Source of the DNA: an uncultured Verrucomicrobiae bacterium
GTDB lineage: Bacteria > Verrucomicrobiota > Verrucomicrobiia > Chthoniobacterales > JAFAMB01
NCBI GenBank assembly: GCA_963762565.1
Contig: CAVXLD010000005.1
Span: 416,001 to 480,000 of the forward strand
DNA: 64,000 nucleotides
Reading direction: 5' to 3'
Below the pieces are notes generated by a model, which worked only from the letters and a program-made list of their open reading frames with translations, did not search any database and was not told the origin of the DNA. The translations under genes were made by a program, and so were the position numbers. Positions 11,480 through 19,891 of the stretch are shown here, in pieces (position 1 is the stretch's first letter; each line of letters opens with the position of its first letter).

Positions 11480-12337
11480 TCACGACCCGTGGTTCTTCGT
11501 GCGCCAGCTGTACTTGGGATTGTATCCGAGGATTTTTATCGCTTTCTCAATCGACAGCAGGGTTTCGTGTTGCCCGAAAGACCGCTTATGAGGAACACTC
11601 GGGAAAACCTCGTTTAACAATGACTCATTGTCCCGTTCCATTACTGTGTCGGCATTCGCGATGATGAAAACTTCCGCCCCTTTGATGGTCGATTCTAGGG
11701 AAAGCCGAACCGCTTGAGCTGCATCCCGGGCATCAACGTAACCCCAGAAGTTCCATTTGCGTTTTCGGGCATCATCCTGAAAACCGGGGAACCTGGAATA
11801 ATCGTGGGGTTCCATGATGTTCGAAAAACGCAGGCCGATAATCTTCAACTGCGGATCCCAACGGCAAAACTGCTTTGCCATTTCTTCGCCCATCAGCTTG
11901 GAAAGAGAGTAGGCCCATTCCGGTCGTCCGGGATACTCTTCATCGACCGGGACGTAGGGCGGGGGCGTATCAAAAGGCAAACCGAGCACGGTCTCGCTCG
12001 AGGCCCAAACCACATTTTTAATCCCAAGTTGTCGCGCTGCTTCAAACACATTGTAGGTGCTGATGGTGTTTGTGGCGAAGGTTACTGCGTTCGTCGCCAA
12101 CCCTGGAGCAGGGATCGCAGCCAGGTGTACGATCCCGGTCACGTTGTGGATCCGGTCGTCAATTTGAGAAAACGCGGCCACTGTCTGGCCGAAATCAGTA
12201 AGCTCAACCCGGCTGAATGGTACCGGCACATCCGGCGGCCGGACCAGATCGACACTGGCTACCTCGTAGTGATAAGCCAGCAATTCCGAGATACAGGCTC
12301 GCCCGGCCTTTCCGCTGCCACCGGTTACAATAATCAT
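11480..12337 (-). CDS. NAD-dependent epimerase/dehydratase (extended SDR)
   Basis: VTGGSGKAG, HLAA, ASSE, YSLSK. Confidence 0.92.
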   Translation of the reverse strand: MIIVTGGSGKAGRACISELLAYHYEVASVDLVRPPDVPVPFSRVELTDFGQTVAAFSQIDDRIHNVTGIVHLAAIPAPGLATNAVTFATNTISTYNVFEAARQLGIKNVVWASSETVLGLPFDTPPPYVPVDEEYPGRPEWAYSLSKLMGEEMAKQFCRWDPQLKIIGLRFSNIMEPHDYSRFPGFQDDARKRKWNFWGYVDARDAAQAVRLSLESTIKGAEVFIIANADTVMERDNESLLNEVFPSVPHKRSFGQHETLLSIEKAIKILGYNPKYSWRTKNHGS

Positions 12338-12451
12338 GGGGCACTCAAGCGTTCGGCATTGGCTGTGGCAAACGGTTTCTGCTATAAAGATCTCGCTCCT
12401 ACGGAGCTAGTGATTCGCTTTGCTTGGGGATCCCGTGTTTTTGCCGGTTAG

Positions 12452-12826
12452 TTAAATTGCCTCCGGGCGTCGGCTAGTACGGATCAACCGGCATAAGCTT
12501 ACCTCATAATCTCGCCGCCAACGCACGTTTCGGACGACGTCTAAGGCAATTAACATACAGCAGGTGAACAACCAGGCTGCTCCAAGAACGATGCCGACAG
12601 GCCAACTAAGCAAAAGCAGGATGCTTATTACGACGACCAGAGCATAACCAAAGGCCCCTCTACCCAGAATTTCTCTCGGTCGACGTCGCCATAGCCATTC
12701 GGTGCGCAGACTCTCCGAGGGGTTTACCGGCGGGTAACCAAAATATCTGTGGATCTGCCAGGGTGGGACTTCCGGAAATCGCCATACGTCCTCACTCTGA
12801 AAGTCTGTCCAAAAGTTCGATCGCAT
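12452..12826 (-). CDS. Hypothetical membrane protein
   Basis: 124 aa with a two-helix hydrophobic hairpin; co-oriented with neighbours. Confidence 0.55.
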   Translation of the reverse strand: MRSNFWTDFQSEDVWRFPEVPPWQIHRYFGYPPVNPSESLRTEWLWRRRPREILGRGAFGYALVVVISILLLLSWPVGIVLGAAWLFTCCMLIALDVVRNVRWRRDYEVSLCRLIRTSRRPEAI

Positions 12827-12936
12827 CCGCTTCTTCGTTTATTAGCCGTCATTTGCAAACGCCGTACAAAGAAGAACCAGCGAGATGCAAGAAAGCGTTA
12901 GTAATGTTGCCATGTATTTTCGGCCTAATTAACTGC

Positions 12937-13554
12937 TTACTGCTTACTGACTGCTGGATTGACGTCCGCAGCGCGGTTGCTCAACTCGGAGGCGGCGGTG
13001 TACGCGGCACGAAAAAAGGAATAGCAGATGGACAACTCGTGCTGATCTCTGGGCGTGTATACGACAAGGGCGCCAGGTGGCATTAGTCCATGAGAAGAAA
13101 GGTAGTGAGGCTCGGCCCAACCGCGCACTATCGCCCAGTGAGCACATACCAATGGCAAAGCCAAGTAGATGGTCGGTGCGCCTATTAGGACGCGGCCAAA
13201 CTCTCTCGGACTGATAAATGCAGCGACATTGTACCCTGCGGCGGTTTCCGCTAATCGGAGAGGGATTGTGTTTGAAGAACTATTGTTCGGTGGATTGCTT
13301 TCGACGTAAGGCCAACTCAAAACCGCGGTGGTTAACTGATCCAGGTGCTGCGGATCACCATGTCCGTTGCACTGAATATGCAGTGGTCCACTTAAAGTCG
13401 CGGGCCTTAGCCCTTTTCTACGAGGTAGTTCGTGAAAATCGAACCCTGTCGCGCCATAGCGAAGCGGCGGCGGAGGTTCGCAACTGCAGTCAATATCTCC
13501 GCCTGATTCAGCGCGAGTTGCAAGCTTGTTCATCGCCCTGGGAGCAAGTCCCAC
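12937..13554 (-). CDS. Luciferase-domain (DUF5519-like) protein
   Basis: LPRRKGLRP..PLHIQ..REF..LALP..RGWAEPH..VVYTPRD pattern; start uncertain. Confidence 0.65.
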   Translation of the reverse strand: MGLAPRAMNKLATRAESGGDIDCSCEPPPPLRYGATGFDFHELPRRKGLRPATLSGPLHIQCNGHGDPQHLDQLTTAVLSWPYVESNPPNNSSSNTIPLRLAETAAGYNVAAFISPREFGRVLIGAPTIYLALPLVCAHWAIVRGWAEPHYLSSHGLMPPGALVVYTPRDQHELSICYSFFRAAYTAASELSNRAADVNPAVSKQ

Positions 13555-13659
13555 GCGCCATGGGTCGTGCTTTTTGCGGATTGTTCTGTTGAGATGGATT
13601 GCTCTGGATTCATGTTGAAATCTCCTTTTTATTAATTGGTGGCGTAAGGATGTTTGTTA

Positions 13660-13770
13660 ATTAGTATGCGTGTAACAGTCTCTGACATGCTGTCCAAGGT
13701 GCCGCAATTGCCAGGAGGCTTACATTGTTTCCCTCTCAAAAGAGCTAGCGCGCCTCAGGGTTAGGCCGCT
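13660..13770 (-). promoter_or_regulatory. Conserved composite upstream element, copy C (distal part degenerate)
   Basis: TAGTATGCGTGTAACAGTCTCTG..GCCGCAATTGCC..TTTCCCTCTCAAAAGAGCTAG..AGGCCGCTG. Confidence 0.75.
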
Positions 13771-13819
13771 GCCACGGCGGCCGAAGCGGGACTCTATGGT
13801 CCAAAAATAGTAATGTCCG

Positions 13820-14302
13820 TCACATGGTTTGACGGTTTGAAAAATTGACCGGCGTCAATGCGGACAATTCTTCTCGGCAAATCTCGGCAAATTCTCGTAA
13901 CGGATCCAGTGCACCACTCTCCATCATGCTGCGCAACTCTGGCAGTGTCTTGTTTGGCAAGACATAAGTGTCGAGGATCATGCGAACGAACTTGTCGGCC
14001 CGCTCAGCGATGCGGGGATCGGAGACGACCCTCATTTTGTTGATCAATGCGTAAAGGCTTACCAGTGGCGCGAGGGCGGTTTCATCGTGAATCAGAGCGT
14101 CGACGTAGGACTTGGATGCCTCTTCAATGAATTGTTGGTAAAGCTCTTGCCGCCTTGTCTTCTCTTGCAAGAGCCATTGTACATTCGCCTGTTGATGCTG
14201 TGTAACCCAGGCCGCGGCAAAAGTCATCAATCCTCCGATTACGGATCCGGCCAAAGCGGCCAAGGCGGTGATATAGGCGGGATTCATGGCGCGTGCGGCC
14301 AT
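13820..14302 (-). CDS. Hypothetical protein with N-terminal TM helix
   Basis: YITALAALAGSVIGGL followed by a helical domain; follows the 14310 gene by 7 bp. Confidence 0.7.
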   Translation of the reverse strand: MAARAMNPAYITALAALAGSVIGGLMTFAAAWVTQHQQANVQWLLQEKTRRQELYQQFIEEASKSYVDALIHDETALAPLVSLYALINKMRVVSDPRIAERADKFVRMILDTYVLPNKTLPELRSMMESGALDPLREFAEICREELSALTPVNFSNRQTM

Positions 14303-14309
14303 CCTGAAT

Positions 14310-15884
14310 TCATTTCGAATCGTCCGCCACAGATCCGGACTGGGTCGCGTTCGGCATGTCTGGATCTTTCAGCCGCACTAACAGCCAGGTCTGCGTTGTA
14401 TCCGTATCAAAATGCACCAGGCAACTCGCGACGTCCTGAGTCAAATTCTGCAGGCCGGCCTCGATCACGGTATTATTCGAGCCGATTTTCCAGGCTACCC
14501 GCTGCGTTTTCTTGTCTACTTGGCCGGAGATTGGCGATACCTGTCCGCTCAACAGGTTTTTATAGGCGCCGGTGACGACTCCATCTTTGTCGATAGAGAT
14601 TTGGAAGAACATATAGGCGTCACCCTTTTCTTCCTGAACCATTGCCCAGACTCCAAGCGGCAGGTATTGGGCCTGCTCGCCTTTTTCGGGCGGCACTGGC
14701 GCCGGCGGCTGTTCCTTTGAAGTATTCGCCAAATCAACGGCCTGTTGTGAATACTCCTTGGCGCTCGCCACCCGTTTTCCGTCAACGTAAACGTCGTCGC
14801 CCTCATAGGTCACGTTCACGCCGTAGTCGTAGCTTCGAGAGCGGCCAGAATCGTGGCTTCCAGAGTTGCCGTAATCGTAGCTTCCAGAGCTGCCGTTGCC
14901 ATAGCTTTCGGAGTTGTCGTATGCGCTGTCTAAGGCCAGCCACGTCGCAGCGGTGGCGTACGTCGCTGCTCCCCACCACCAGTATTTTTCGGCGTAACTC
15001 CCGTATTTGTCGGCGTAACGCCAGTAATTGCCGTAATCCCGGCCGGAATAACCGCCGTAGTCCTTCCACCAGTTCGAGCTGAAGTAATTGTCAAGGCTAT
15101 TCCGAGTATTGTCTGTGACCTCAATCGCTCGATTATCCCGATAGTTCTGAACATTATTCTTGTAATCGTTCCACTCGGGCCGGTTAAAGCTGCTTGCTAC
15201 ATTCCGATTATTTCGGAACTCACTGATGTTATTCCAATCTTTGGCACGGTTCGCCTGAAAACCCGCCAGTTTGCCCTGAGTCTGCCCACTCCAATTTTCC
15301 CAAAACTGCTGGTTAGCAAGTGGCTCTGGCGCTCTGTTTCCTGGTTCGCCAGGGCCTTTCCCTGAAAGATCAGGAAATCCCTTGCCCTGCGGTCCTGGTC
15401 CCGGCTGCTTACCTTGCGCAATTGAGGGTAGAACAGATCCGTTTCCTTTCGGAAGGGATTGAATTTTCGATGGCAATTGCAGTCGGTTATTCCCGCCGCC
15501 CCCAAGCTTGCTGTTTGGAACCAAGCCTCCCGTCCGGCTAGAGCCTGGGCGGGTAATGTTTGGGATGTGCGGTTTGGGCCCGCCACCCGCAAGCTTGCCG
15601 TTTGGAGCCAAGCCTCCAATCCGGCTAGGTCCTGGCCGGGAAATATTCGGTGCGTTCGAGAAATTCGGCGGCCTTGAGATACCGGGTCCACCGCCGATAC
15701 CGGGTCCACCGCGGAAGCCCCCTCCAGCCACCGAGGGCGGCATGAATCCGCCGGCAGGTGGACCCATGCTGGGCGGCGGCCCTGGCGGGGGACCTGGGAA
15801 AGCTATCGCATCCGTCCCTATCAGCAGCAAAATGGTCCCGACCACGAGAGCCGATATTTTGAGTAGCTTCAACTCCATAGTCAT
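14310..15884 (-). CDS. Secreted Pro/Gly-rich protein ('mu-protocadherin-like' family seen in PVC bacteria)
   Basis: Signal peptide, P/G-rich repeats, Trp/Tyr-rich segment, C-domain PLGVWA...VDKKTQRVAW...WLLVRL. Confidence 0.75.
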   Translation of the reverse strand: MTMELKLLKISALVVGTILLLIGTDAIAFPGPPPGPPPSMGPPAGGFMPPSVAGGGFRGGPGIGGGPGISRPPNFSNAPNISRPGPSRIGGLAPNGKLAGGGPKPHIPNITRPGSSRTGGLVPNSKLGGGGNNRLQLPSKIQSLPKGNGSVLPSIAQGKQPGPGPQGKGFPDLSGKGPGEPGNRAPEPLANQQFWENWSGQTQGKLAGFQANRAKDWNNISEFRNNRNVASSFNRPEWNDYKNNVQNYRDNRAIEVTDNTRNSLDNYFSSNWWKDYGGYSGRDYGNYWRYADKYGSYAEKYWWWGAATYATAATWLALDSAYDNSESYGNGSSGSYDYGNSGSHDSGRSRSYDYGVNVTYEGDDVYVDGKRVASAKEYSQQAVDLANTSKEQPPAPVPPEKGEQAQYLPLGVWAMVQEEKGDAYMFFQISIDKDGVVTGAYKNLLSGQVSPISGQVDKKTQRVAWKIGSNNTVIEAGLQNLTQDVASCLVHFDTDTTQTWLLVRLKDPDMPNATQSGSVADDSK

Positions 15885-16837
15885 TGAGAAAATCCAGGTT
15901 GTGGCTTTGAGGTGGTGCGCTGCACCACGATCTTTGGAACTGATGGCTGGGGTTCACGATCCAGAGCGCGATTCTGCGATTCCCAAGTGAACTTATTGTC
16001 GTCGACCTTGGTTAGTACGTTTTCGGCTGTGGAGCGGCTGCCGTCCGGCAACACGTTGGAAGCCCGGATCAACCAATGCCCATCCTCATACGACCAGCTC
16101 GATTCGCCGAAGCCGCCGTTACTATCAAAGATCCAGGAACGAATCTGCTGGCAGTCTGGATCCCAGCCGACAATCTCCCAGCCCTCTGTCTCGGCTTCCT
16201 CACGCTTGAGTTTGAATGTGCGCACCAGAAAGTTTCTGTCGCCTGCCCATTCGACCTTCGATTCGACCGTCTGGTCCGCATCTTTATTCTCCCAGTTTCC
16301 GATTAACCATTTAAGCGCTTCTAACTGGGAACTGGCACTGGGAGCCGGCGCCGCCGTCTGCGTCAATTGGGAGATTTGCCAGCGATCAGCTCTTTTGACC
16401 AGAACGGCTAAATATCGAGTCGCGTCGATGGCACCGTTGGCTGCTGTCACAATTGCAACCCCACGATTCACCTGCACATCTGGTGTCAGCGATTTTACTT
16501 CCTCCATCGTGATGGTGATTTTGGCACCCGGAATTGCCTGAAAGTTCTCGGCAAAGAGTTTTTCCATTTCGCCACGGCCTTTTGTTTCTACGCCGTCTTG
16601 ATCGATGTAATCTATATCCTCGGCATAAAAGGCTGCCAGAGTCTTTGCATCGCCTCGGTTATAAGCTTCCTGGTACTTGCGGAATTGATCTTGGGCTGCC
16701 TGATATTCTGGCGATGATTGAATGGCCACCGGCTGTGCCTTCTGAGCACCCAGTGACGAATTTTCGGCTGCCATACTGGTACTACCGAGTGAACATGCCA
16801 TGGCCATAGCGGTCACGGCTAACGATGTTATCTTCAT
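15881..16837 (-). CDS. Secreted SgcJ/EcaC (DUF4440, NTF2-like) protein
   Basis: Signal peptide MKITSLAV; AYNRGDAKTLAAFY, LKWLIGNW, IRSWIFDSNGGFG; 4-bp overlap with downstream gene. Confidence 0.82.
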   Translation of the reverse strand: MKITSLAVTAMAMACSLGSTSMAAENSSLGAQKAQPVAIQSSPEYQAAQDQFRKYQEAYNRGDAKTLAAFYAEDIDYIDQDGVETKGRGEMEKLFAENFQAIPGAKITITMEEVKSLTPDVQVNRGVAIVTAANGAIDATRYLAVLVKRADRWQISQLTQTAAPAPSASSQLEALKWLIGNWENKDADQTVESKVEWAGDRNFLVRTFKLKREEAETEGWEIVGWDPDCQQIRSWIFDSNGGFGESSWSYEDGHWLIRASNVLPDGSRSTAENVLTKVDDNKFTWESQNRALDREPQPSVPKIVVQRTTSKPQPGFSQ

Positions 16838-16911
16838 TTTTTGGTTCGCTAGAGGTTTGTGCCTGGGTGGAATCTCCATTTTTTTGTTAACTGCACGCGA
16901 GAAATTATTGT

Positions 16912-17097
16912 TAGTCACATGCGTGTAACAGTCTCCGCCATGCCGCCCATCAGCCGCAATTGCCGGAACGCTCATATTATTTCCCTCTCAAAAGGGCTAG
17001 ATGCGGCTAGATGGGCTTCAGGGTCAGGTCTGCATCTAGAGAACGGTGCGTGAATCAAGGACTCGGCGGCAGTAATTAGCCGTAAGCTGTCCGTAAG
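16912..17097 (-). promoter_or_regulatory. Conserved composite upstream element, copy D (before SgcJ operon)
   Basis: Full set of blocks including the CCGTAAG direct repeat with 11-bp period. Confidence 0.8.
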
Positions 17098-17192
17098 CCT
17101 GCATTTCTCAGCAGTCTGAGCGCCGGGGAGGGGGCCTAACTAACTAAACCGCAATCAGCGGTGGCTTCGCCCAAGAGTGTGAGATTTGCGGG
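17098..17192. mobile_element. MITE-like element, copy 1
   Basis: Ends CCTGCATTTCTCA ... TGAGATTTGCGGG; internal similarity to 30680-30793. Confidence 0.65.
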
Positions 17193-19004
17193 TTAGTTAG
17201 CCGCGAGATTCAATCTTCTCAAAAGGCTTGTGAATCGGTGCTCGCTCCGGAGCGGCTGAAAGAATGGCTCGACTGCCAGCAGGTTGACGAAATTTGCCTT
17301 GTGATCGATCGCTTCATCGAGGCGTTGAAATGCTAGATCGAAATCTTTCAGTCCGATCGCAGCCAAAGCTTCTGCCAGAGGAGTGATATATTGGCTCGCT
17401 GCGAGTCGATGAAGTTCTTCAACGCATTTCTCGGCCTGCGGCCGCTTACCTCGCCGCGCGTACGTTGCGGCTAGCAAGCCTATTTCTAAGGGAAACCGCG
17501 TATGATAAAGGCACTCTACGGCGGCGTCATACTCTTGCTGCTGGAAATGCAACAGTCCCTTGTAAAATCGTGCTTCCGGATAGTCGCGATCCAAGGCAAA
17601 CGATTTTTCAAGATGCTCGGCAGCTAATCGATGGTCGCCTTTAACGTAGTGAAGGTAGGCCAGCCGTGCGCAGTCGCTGGCGGACAGGGGATCCAATTCG
17701 GTAGAGCGGCGGAGCGCTGCCTCTGCTGCTGGAATCTTGCCAAGGCACAGCAAAGCCATGCCAAGGAAAAAGTGAGCGGGCGCGTGGCCGGGTTGTAGTT
17801 CCAGCGCGCGATCGTACAGCTTCAACGCTTCATCCCAACGATGCTCAAACCAGCCACGAATTCCGCCCAGGATCGTGCACGTTTCTCCCGAGTGGGGATC
17901 GAGAGCATAGCCGCGCTCGGCATTCGCTTTAACTTCGGGATACACGTCACGCCCGGACACCACGCCGAAAAGAGAAAGAAAGCCGGCGGCCGCAGCCATG
18001 CCGCTATAGGCGAGAGCGTAATCCGGAAATGCGTGAGTGAGCTCCCGCAGCTGCTCCAGTGCCGCGCGCAGTGTTTCAGGAGACTGTTGGTGAATGAGGA
18101 ATCGGGCTCGTAAGTACCTGGTATAGGCGTCGAGATCGCCGACGAACGGGTGTGCTCGTGTTCGTGCCGGCGGCGGGTGAACTCGCAGCAACGCGGCAAC
18201 GGATTGGGCTATCTCCTCTTGAACTGCAAACACATCCTTTAGTTCGCGGCGGAACACTTCTGACCAGAGCTCATAGCCGGATTCAACCCGGATCGCCTGC
18301 GCCGTGATCCGCAGTTTTTCGCCCGCTTTCCTGACGCTTCCTTCGATAACGACATCGGCATTGAGACGCCGGCCGGCTTCGCGGATATCGACAGACATTC
18401 CCTTAAACTGGAATGCCGACGACCGCGCGACGACCTTCAATCCCGTGATGTGCGTGAGCGAGTTGATGATTTCTTCGCTGATCCCGTCGCAAAAATAGTC
18501 TTGCTCCGGCTCTGGGCTCATGTTCACGAAAGGCAGCACTGCAACGGACGCACCTATTTGGACTGCAGCGCCGATTTCTTGGTGTGGCTTTTGAGGCTCT
18601 GCGTCTAACCAGCGAAAAATGGGTACGTAACTGCCGGGCCGCAGGCCGATCAGGACAGGGTCATTTCTCCCCGGACCTTCGTAATATTCCTTCAACTTCG
18701 TTCTAAGGCGGCGAGCCTCAACCCGCACAATGGCGTCAACGTTCGGATCGTATTTGGACGAGCGGTCAAACACCTCCATTGCGATCGAGAACTCTTTAAG
18801 ACAGTCGAGATCTCGGCAAAGGGTCCGATTCACAACGTGCGCGAGGAACCGGCACAGCCGAGCCGAGGGAATGAACTTTGGGCTATCCACAATTCGCATC
18901 AATTGTTCGCGAACAGCAGTCTCCGGCACCGCGTCCACCGTAGTTTTGCCAGACATTTCTGTTGATGACGAGCGAGCCATGGGGGTCGAGCCTGGATCGC
19001 TCAC
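17193..19004 (-). CDS. Putative one-component regulator: N-terminal wHTH-like domain, TolB-like domain, TPR repeats
   Basis: LKEFSIAMEVF..DAIVRVEARRLRTKLKEYY; SVAVLPFVNMS..YFCDGISEEII; TPR-like C-terminus. Confidence 0.8.
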   Translation of the reverse strand: MSDPGSTPMARSSSTEMSGKTTVDAVPETAVREQLMRIVDSPKFIPSARLCRFLAHVVNRTLCRDLDCLKEFSIAMEVFDRSSKYDPNVDAIVRVEARRLRTKLKEYYEGPGRNDPVLIGLRPGSYVPIFRWLDAEPQKPHQEIGAAVQIGASVAVLPFVNMSPEPEQDYFCDGISEEIINSLTHITGLKVVARSSAFQFKGMSVDIREAGRRLNADVVIEGSVRKAGEKLRITAQAIRVESGYELWSEVFRRELKDVFAVQEEIAQSVAALLRVHPPPARTRAHPFVGDLDAYTRYLRARFLIHQQSPETLRAALEQLRELTHAFPDYALAYSGMAAAAGFLSLFGVVSGRDVYPEVKANAERGYALDPHSGETCTILGGIRGWFEHRWDEALKLYDRALELQPGHAPAHFFLGMALLCLGKIPAAEAALRRSTELDPLSASDCARLAYLHYVKGDHRLAAEHLEKSFALDRDYPEARFYKGLLHFQQQEYDAAVECLYHTRFPLEIGLLAATYARRGKRPQAEKCVEELHRLAASQYITPLAEALAAIGLKDFDLAFQRLDEAIDHKANFVNLLAVEPFFQPLRSEHRFTSLLRRLNLAAN

Positions 19005-19200
19005 AAATGCTTAGAGAATTGCGAGCGATCCACGATAGCGAATAACAAATCGAAGATAGCTAAGAGTGGACCCCTCCGCTATTCACTATTCGTTACTTGC
19101 TACCTGAATATCTCACAATCTCCGCGGAAAGCCTTCAGATAGTGACCGTCTTCGGCAGAGAGTGTGATCGACTTTGGAATTAACGCAACGGCAACCCGCA

Positions 19201-19220
19201 GCTTACGGCAACTTACGGCA
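19201..19220 (+). promoter_or_regulatory. CTTACGG direct repeat in the divergent promoter region
   Basis: GCTTACGGCA-ACTTACGGCA; same heptad as the distal part of copies A, B and D. Confidence 0.7.
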
Positions 19221-19263
19221 ATTCGCGGGTACGCTTAGCTACGCTGTAATACAGTGGAAGCCG

Positions 19264-19632
19264 ATGCACGCTGAAGAACCGGCAAAGACAACAATCGTGC
19301 TGTGCGCAACGAGCCCACCACCCGAGATCGAGAACGAGATCGAAGCGCGTGGCATCAGAGTGCGATGGGCATCTAGTATCACGGCGGCTACTGCTTTGCT
19401 CGATTCGGCGTCCAATGGAGCCGTTGTAATCACGGAACTGGCGCTCAGGGATGGCAACTGGAGAGACTTGGTCGAACGGCTAAGGCGTATCGGCAAACCC
19501 GTTCGGGTCGCACTCGTGAGTCCAACCCGTACCTCTGAGTTGTGGTGGGATGCATTGGAATGCGGCGTAGAAGATATACTGCTGGCGCCCTTATCGGTTT
19601 CTCGCGTCTGCGAATACCTGGACATCCAATGA
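19264..19632 (+). CDS. Atypical stand-alone receiver-like protein
   Basis: REC-like pattern VVITELALRDGNWRDL...ALECGVEDILLAP. Confidence 0.65.
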   Translation: MHAEEPAKTTIVLCATSPPPEIENEIEARGIRVRWASSITAATALLDSASNGAVVITELALRDGNWRDLVERLRRIGKPVRVALVSPTRTSELWWDALECGVEDILLAPLSVSRVCEYLDIQ

Positions 19633-19800
19633 TCTACAAAAAGGACGCCACAGGTTTACTGCAAAGCCTCCTCGGATTGAGCCACGGTCCGTGGCGATGG
19701 TCGGCTGGTGTCCAAGCTAGCGTGGCTACCGCAGTGCCGCTCGCTGCATTCACGTTGACGGGCCACCAATCGCTCAGGCTCTTGCATCGCTTGCCAGGGG
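19629..19800 (+). pseudogene. Truncated N-terminal fragment of a FUSC-like membrane protein
   Basis: MIYKK..GPWRWSAGVQASVATAVPLAAFTLTGHQSL, then similarity is lost. Confidence 0.4.
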
Positions 19801-19891
19801 CAAGAAAAGTGAGGGTCGCTGTTTCTAACTTTACTCGCATCGCCCATAATACGAAGAGATTAAACGTAATTATACAAGCAACCGCTGAAGT

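Noticed and set aside
16838..16975. N-terminal extensions of ORFs 15881-16975 and 8392-9813
   Set aside because: They run through the conserved non-coding element; downstream ATGs give normal N-termini
8198..17097. Repeated element as a CRISPR array or sigma-54 promoter
   Set aside because: Copies are kilobases apart with genes between them and no cas genes are present; TGGC..TTAC spacing does not fit GG-N10-GC
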